The notes under the pieces: model-generated
The model's database searches: none
What the model was told of the DNA's origin: nothing
The model's input: the letters and a program-made list of their open reading frames with translations, nothing else
Position numbers and translations under genes: made by a program
Assembly: GCA_013389075.1 (NCBI GenBank)
Contig: JACAEB010000217.1
Location: forward strand, 1,981-65,980
Direction of reading: 5' to 3'
Origin: Alphaproteobacteria bacterium
GTDB lineage: Bacteria; Pseudomonadota; Alphaproteobacteria; JACAEB01
DNA length: 64,000 nucleotides
Shown: positions 59,737 through 64,000 of the stretch, piece after piece
Position numbering within the stretch: the stretch's first letter is position 1
How the letters are laid out: every line of letters begins with the position of its first letter

Positions 59737-61245
59737 CTACCCGTTCAGCGTGGGGATCTTGAAGTCCGCGCCGGCGCGGATGCCCGTGGGCCAGCGGGAG
59801 GTGACCGTCTTGATCCGGGTGAAGAACTTCACCCCCTCCATGCCGTGCTGATTGGTGTCGCCGAAGGCGGAATCCTTCCAGCCGCCGAAGGTGTGGAAGG
59901 ACAGCGGCACGGGGATGGGCACGTTGACGCCCACCATGCCCACTTCCACCTTGTCCACGAAGTCGCGGGCCGCGTCTCCGTCGCGCGTGAAGATGGAGAC
60001 GCCATTGCCATAGCGGTGCCGGGTGGGCAGCGCCGCGGCCTCCTCGAAGCTCTCGGTACGGAGCACCTGAAGGACCGGCCCGAAGATCTCGTCCTGATAG
60101 GCCCTGTGCTCGGGCTTCACCCGGTCGAACAGCGACCCGCCGAGATAGAAGCCGTTCTCATAGCCCTGGGCCGTGCAGCGGAACCTTCGCCCGTCGACCA
60201 CGAGCTCGGCGCCCTCGCGCACGCCCATGTCGATATAGGAGCGCACCTTGTCCCGGTGCGCCGCCGTGACGAGCGGCCCCATCTCGCTGTCCGCCGCGAG
60301 CGGGGGCCCGATGCGCAGCGCCTCGACTCGGGGCTTCAGCCGGCGGACGATTTCGTCGGCGAGCTTGTCGCCCACTGCAACCGCGGCGGAGATCGCCATG
60401 CAACGCTCGCCCGCCGAGCCATAGGCCGATCCGATCAGCGCGTCGGTCACCTGGTCGAGATCGGCATCGGGCAGGATGATCATGTGGTTCTTGGCCCCGC
60501 CCATGGCCTGAACGCGCTTTCCGTGGGACGTGCCGGTCGCGTAGACGTGATGGGCGACGGGCGTCGAGCCGACGAAGCTCACGGCCCGTATGCGGGGATG
60601 GGCGAGGATGGCGTCGACGGCGACCTTGTCGCCGTTCACGACGTTGAGCACCCCGGCGGGCGCCCCGGCCTCCAGCATCAGCTCGGCGAGCCGCAGCGGC
60701 ACGCTCGGATCGCGCTCGGAGGGCTTGAGGAGGAAGGCGTTGCCGCAGGCGATGGCGACCCCGAACATCCACATGGGCACCATGGCGGGGAAGTTGAACG
60801 GGGTGATGCCGGCGACGACGCCAAGCGGCTTGCGCATCGAGTAGAGGTCGATTCCCGTGGCGACATTGTCGGAGAACTCGCCCTTCATCAGATGCGGAAT
60901 GCCGCAGGCGAATTCGATGACCTCGAGCCCCCGCTGAACGTCGCCCTTGGCGTCCTCGAAGGTCTTGCCGTGCTCGCTCGACAGGAGACGCGCGAGATGA
61001 TCTTTCTCGGCTGTCGCGAGCTCGAGGAAGCGCATCATCACCCGTGCCCGGCGGACGACCGATTGCTGCAACCATTCCTCGAAGGCCGCAGCGGCGTCGG
61101 CCACGGCCGCATCGAGCTCGTCGGGGCTGGCGAGCGCCACCCGCGCGGCGATCTCACCGGTCGCGGGGTTGAAGACGTCGCCGAACCGGCCGCTCGAGCC
61201 GGCAATGCGCTCGCCTCCGATGAAGTGTCCGATCTCAGCGGGCAA
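59737..61245 (-). CDS. mmsA: CoA-acylating methylmalonate-semialdehyde dehydrogenase
   Basis: ALDH fold, catalytic Cys (GERCMA), MMSDH-specific features. Confidence 0.92.
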   Translation of the reverse strand: MPAEIGHFIGGERIAGSSGRFGDVFNPATGEIAARVALASPDELDAAVADAAAAFEEWLQQSVVRRARVMMRFLELATAEKDHLARLLSSEHGKTFEDAKGDVQRGLEVIEFACGIPHLMKGEFSDNVATGIDLYSMRKPLGVVAGITPFNFPAMVPMWMFGVAIACGNAFLLKPSERDPSVPLRLAELMLEAGAPAGVLNVVNGDKVAVDAILAHPRIRAVSFVGSTPVAHHVYATGTSHGKRVQAMGGAKNHMIILPDADLDQVTDALIGSAYGSAGERCMAISAAVAVGDKLADEIVRRLKPRVEALRIGPPLAADSEMGPLVTAAHRDKVRSYIDMGVREGAELVVDGRRFRCTAQGYENGFYLGGSLFDRVKPEHRAYQDEIFGPVLQVLRTESFEEAAALPTRHRYGNGVSIFTRDGDAARDFVDKVEVGMVGVNVPIPVPLSFHTFGGWKDSAFGDTNQHGMEGVKFFTRIKTVTSRWPTGIRAGADFKIPTLNG

Positions 61246-61315
61246 TGGACATCCTCCTTCCCTGCTGTTTCAGATGCCTGACGTTGGATTTACGATAATT
61301 TTCGAACGCACTGTG

Positions 61316-61334
61316 CAGGCGCGGACCGCGCCTG
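61316..61334. promoter_or_regulatory. Perfect 19-bp palindrome CAGGCGCGG-a-CCGCGCCTG between mmsA and the divergent oxygenase gene
   Basis: 9-bp arms. Candidate operator for the valine-catabolism operon. Position may be off by 1 nt. Confidence 0.4.
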
Positions 61335-61408
61335 TCAAAGCCGAAATGCCGATGCTCCCCGAGGGGTCGATCTGCTAGCATCGGACGGTTTCATGGAAAG
61401 GATACACC

Positions 61409-62476
61409 ATGCCCGTCGATTCCGCTGCCGTTCCCGCCCTCGGGATCGGCGACACGCTGCCGCCGGTGACGCTTCGCGACAGCCATGGCGAGGAGATCTT
61501 CTTCCGCAGCGACCGGCTCGCGGGCAATCCCATCGTGATCGCCCTCTGCGCGGATGCTGCATCGGAAACCGCTCGGATGCTGCTCGCCCGGCTCGGCGAG
61601 ACCATGAAGGGCCTGCGGGACCCCCTTGTCTGCGCCTTCCTCGTCGCCCCCGCGCCCTGGCCCGAGGGGCTCGTGCCGGGGATCGACACGCGGCGGAATC
61701 TGCGCCTCCTGACCGACCCGGGAACGCTTCTCCGTGTACGGACGCGGTCCGGCGCCGAGCATGCACCGGCCTATCTGCTGGTCGCGGGGCCCGACGGCCG
61801 CATCATACGCGGCCATGCCCTCACGCCCGAGACGCTCGAGACACGGATCGGCGAAGCGATCGACGCGGCGCGCGGCGCGGTGACGCGGGCCGAGCCCGTC
61901 GCGGCCGTCCCTCACCCCCCGGTCATTCCCATTCCGCTCGTGCTCGAGCCCTCGCTTGCCCGGGCGCTGATCGATCATTTCAACACCGATGTTCCGATCT
62001 GGCCGAAGACGGGGCTGAAGAGCGCGGGTTTCGATGCGGAGAGGGGCGATTTCAAGGTGCGCGAGGAAGGGCCGGGCGGCCGGCTGACCGAATTCGTGCT
62101 GCGGAGCGAGGGCCTCGTGTCCGCCCTCTCCGAGCGCTTCCGGACCCGCGTCGTGCCGGAGATCGCCAAGGCGTTCGGCATGACCGTGAGCCGCCAGGAA
62201 CCGTTCCGGATCGTGCGCTATGAGGGCCTCGAGGGCGGTCACGTTCTGCCTCATCGCGACACCGGAGCTCCGGGCACGGAGCACCGGAAGTGCACGATCT
62301 CCATCGTGCTCAACACCGGCGATTTCGAAGGCGGCTGGCTGCGCTTTCCCGAATACGGGCCACAGGCCTATGCGCTGCCCGTGGGCACCGGCGTCGTCTG
62401 GTCGGCCCAGCTCCTGCACGAGGTGACGCCCGTCACGCGCGGCGAGCGCTACATGCTGGGCGCGCACCTCTTCTAA
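61409..62476 (+). CDS. Fusion protein: N-terminal redoxin/AhpC-like domain (no CxxC) plus C-terminal 2OG-Fe(II) oxygenase (prolyl 4-hydroxylase-like)
   Basis: N-terminus GDTLPPVTLRDSHGEEIFFRSDRLAGNPIVIALC. C-terminus HRDTG (HxD)…LHEV (H)…RGERY (2OG-binding R). Confidence 0.7.
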   Translation: MPVDSAAVPALGIGDTLPPVTLRDSHGEEIFFRSDRLAGNPIVIALCADAASETARMLLARLGETMKGLRDPLVCAFLVAPAPWPEGLVPGIDTRRNLRLLTDPGTLLRVRTRSGAEHAPAYLLVAGPDGRIIRGHALTPETLETRIGEAIDAARGAVTRAEPVAAVPHPPVIPIPLVLEPSLARALIDHFNTDVPIWPKTGLKSAGFDAERGDFKVREEGPGGRLTEFVLRSEGLVSALSERFRTRVVPEIAKAFGMTVSRQEPFRIVRYEGLEGGHVLPHRDTGAPGTEHRKCTISIVLNTGDFEGGWLRFPEYGPQAYALPVGTGVVWSAQLLHEVTPVTRGERYMLGAHLF

Positions 62477-62483
62477 GGTGCGC

Positions 62484-64000
62484 TCAGGCTCCGCCGGGCT
62501 CGTAAGCGAGATTGGGCGCAAGCCAGCGCTCCGCCTCCGCAAGGCTCATGCCCTTGCGGCCGGCATAGTCCTCGACCTGATCGCGCCCGATCCGGCCCAC
62601 ACCGAAATAGGCCGCCTGCGGATGGCTGAAATAAAGGCCGCTAACGGACGATCCGGGGTGCATGGCATAGCTTTCCGTCAGCCGCACGCCGATGCGCGGC
62701 TCGGCCTCGAGAAGGCGGAAGAGCGTACCCTTCTCCGTGTGATCGGGGCAGGCGGGGTAGCCCGGCGCGGGGCGGATGCCGCGATAGGCTTCGGCGATCA
62801 GCTCCTCGTTGCTCAGCCGCTCCCCGGGCGCATAGGCCCAGAACTCGCGCCGGACGCGTTCGTGCAGGTGCTCGGCGAACGCCTCGGCGAGGCGGTCGGC
62901 CAGTGCCTTGAGCATGATCGCGCTGTAATCGTCGTGCGCGGCTTCGAACACCGCCGCCCGGGCCTCCTCGCCTATGCCGGTCGTGACCACGAAGCCGCCG
63001 ACATAATCGGCCTTGCCGCTGTCCTTCGGAGCGAGGAAATCGGCGAGCGCGAGATTGGGCCGCCCCGCCTCGCGCGCCATCTGCTGACGGAGGGAATGCA
63101 TGGTGGCGAGGGGCGTCGTCCGCGCCTCGTCCGCATAAAGCTCCCAATCGTCCGCCCCCGTCCGATTGGCCGGCCAGAAGCCGATGACCGCACGTGCCTC
63201 GAGCCATTTCTCCTCGACGATGGTCTTCAGCATGGCTTCGGCATCGCGCATGAGGCTGCGCGCGGCTTCGCCGACGGTCTCGTCCTCGAGGATCATGGGA
63301 TAGCGGCCCGTGAGCTCCCAGGTCTGGAAGAAAGGCGTCCAGTCGATGTAGGGCACGAGCGTCGCCAGGTCATAATTCTCGAATGTCTTCAGCCCAAGGA
63401 AGGTCGGGCGCGGGGGGGCATAGGCGGCCCAGTCCGTCGCGAGCGCGTTCGCCCGCGCTTCGGCCAGCGGAGTGCGGCTGCGTTCCCGGTCGCCGCGCGC
63501 ATGGCGTTCGCGCATGACCGCGTAATCCTCCCGGATGGCGGCGACATAGCTCTCCCGGTCCCGCGACAGGAGCTGGCTCACCACGCCCACGGCGCGCGAT
63601 GCGTCGGGGACGTAGACCGCCTGTCCGCGCCGGTACTGCGGACTGATCTTGACCGCCGTGTGCACCTTGGAGGTGGTCGCCCCGCCGATCAGAATGGGGA
63701 TGTCGAAGCCTTCCCGTTCGGCCTCGGCCGCGAGCGTCACCATCTCGTCGAGGCTCGGGGTGATGAGGCCCGACAGGCCGATGATGTCGCACTTCCTCTC
63801 CTTCGCGGTCGCGAGGATCTTCTGTGCGGGAACCATCACTCCGAGGTCGATCACCTCGAAATTGTTGCACTGGAGCACCACGCCCACGATGTTCTTCCCG
63901 ATGTCGTGGACATCGCCCTTGACCGTCGCCATGAGGATGCGGCCCTCGGCTTCATGGGCGCCGCCTGCGGCCTCCCGCTCCGCGTCCATGAAGGGCTCGA
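62484..64000 (-). CDS. metH: Methionine synthase (cobalamin-dependent), 3'-portion; gene continues past the window end
   Basis: B12-binding domain ([14 protein letters not shown]) and AdoMet reactivation domain. No start codon within the window. Confidence 0.88.
   Translation of the reverse strand, partial: EPFMDAEREAAGGAHEAEGRILMATVKGDVHDIGKNIVGVVLQCNNFEVIDLGVMVPAQKILATAKERKCDIIGLSGLITPSLDEMVTLAAEAEREGFDIPILIGGATTSKVHTAVKISPQYRRGQAVYVPDASRAVGVVSQLLSRDRESYVAAIREDYAVMRERHARGDRERSRTPLAEARANALATDWAAYAPPRPTFLGLKTFENYDLATLVPYIDWTPFFQTWELTGRYPMILEDETVGEAARSLMRDAEAMLKTIVEEKWLEARAVIGFWPANRTGADDWELYADEARTTPLATMHSLRQQMAREAGRPNLALADFLAPKDSGKADYVGGFVVTTGIGEEARAAVFEAAHDDYSAIMLKALADRLAEAFAEHLHERVRREFWAYAPGERLSNEELIAEAYRGIRPAPGYPACPDHTEKGTLFRLLEAEPRIGVRLTESYAMHPGSSVSGLYFSHPQAAYFGVGRIGRDQVEDYAGRKGMSLAEAERWLAPNLAYEPGGA

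Overview
This window looks like a chromosomal core region of a high-GC (about 70%) alphaproteobacterium, most plausibly a member of the Hyphomicrobiales (Rhizobiales). Gene density is high. Housekeeping genes present are thrS-infC, tRNA-Ser, purD, tadA, rsuA-like, rsmD, mutL, lspA-ileS-ribF and a partial metH. These alternate with accessory islands. I found no CRISPR array, transposase or integrase, and no recognisable phage module.

The stretches most worth a second look are:
1. A general-stress cluster (hemerythrin, DUF883, holin-family, DUF3618 and an uncalled 24-aa hydrophobic peptide) that faces a ku-ligD NHEJ operon across a palindrome. The palindrome carries EcfG-type GGAAC-N16/17-(C/G)GTT promoter elements on both strands.
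2. Two otherwise intact conserved genes, ku and the catalytic M16 peptidase, are each split by a single in-frame TAG. TAG is clearly a real stop elsewhere in the window.
3. A BigR/SqrR-type sulfide-sensing operon: a 2-Cys ArsR regulator made from a near-consensus sigma70 promoter that predicts a leaderless mRNA, divergent from blh (a persulfide-dioxygenase-type MBL hydrolase), two YeeE/YedE half-transporters and a SulP-STAS permease.
4. A pair of secreted proteins with no functional assignment. One is an extremely acidic, Tyr/Trp/Asp-rich protein bounded by WW and WWDWF motifs; the other is a two-repeat beta-domain protein.
5. A GT2 glycosyltransferase fused to a degenerate SpoT/Mesh1-like HD domain.
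6. A secreted QGYPQQGG tandem-repeat protein ending in a rhodanese domain with a CX4CW motif.

Also present are the YdbH-YnbE-YdbL (AsmA-like) envelope operon, a valine-catabolism cluster (mmsA, acd, hibch, mmsB), a Kelch-lipoprotein plus GT4 operon, and LPS-type glycosyltransferases at the window start. One of these glycosyltransferases carries a truncated GT9-like fragment.

Coordinates follow the supplied ORF track. In a few places (around 11.9-12.6 kb and 61.24 kb) my reading of the raw text differed from the track by one base. Where I derived a position by hand it may therefore be off by 1 nt.
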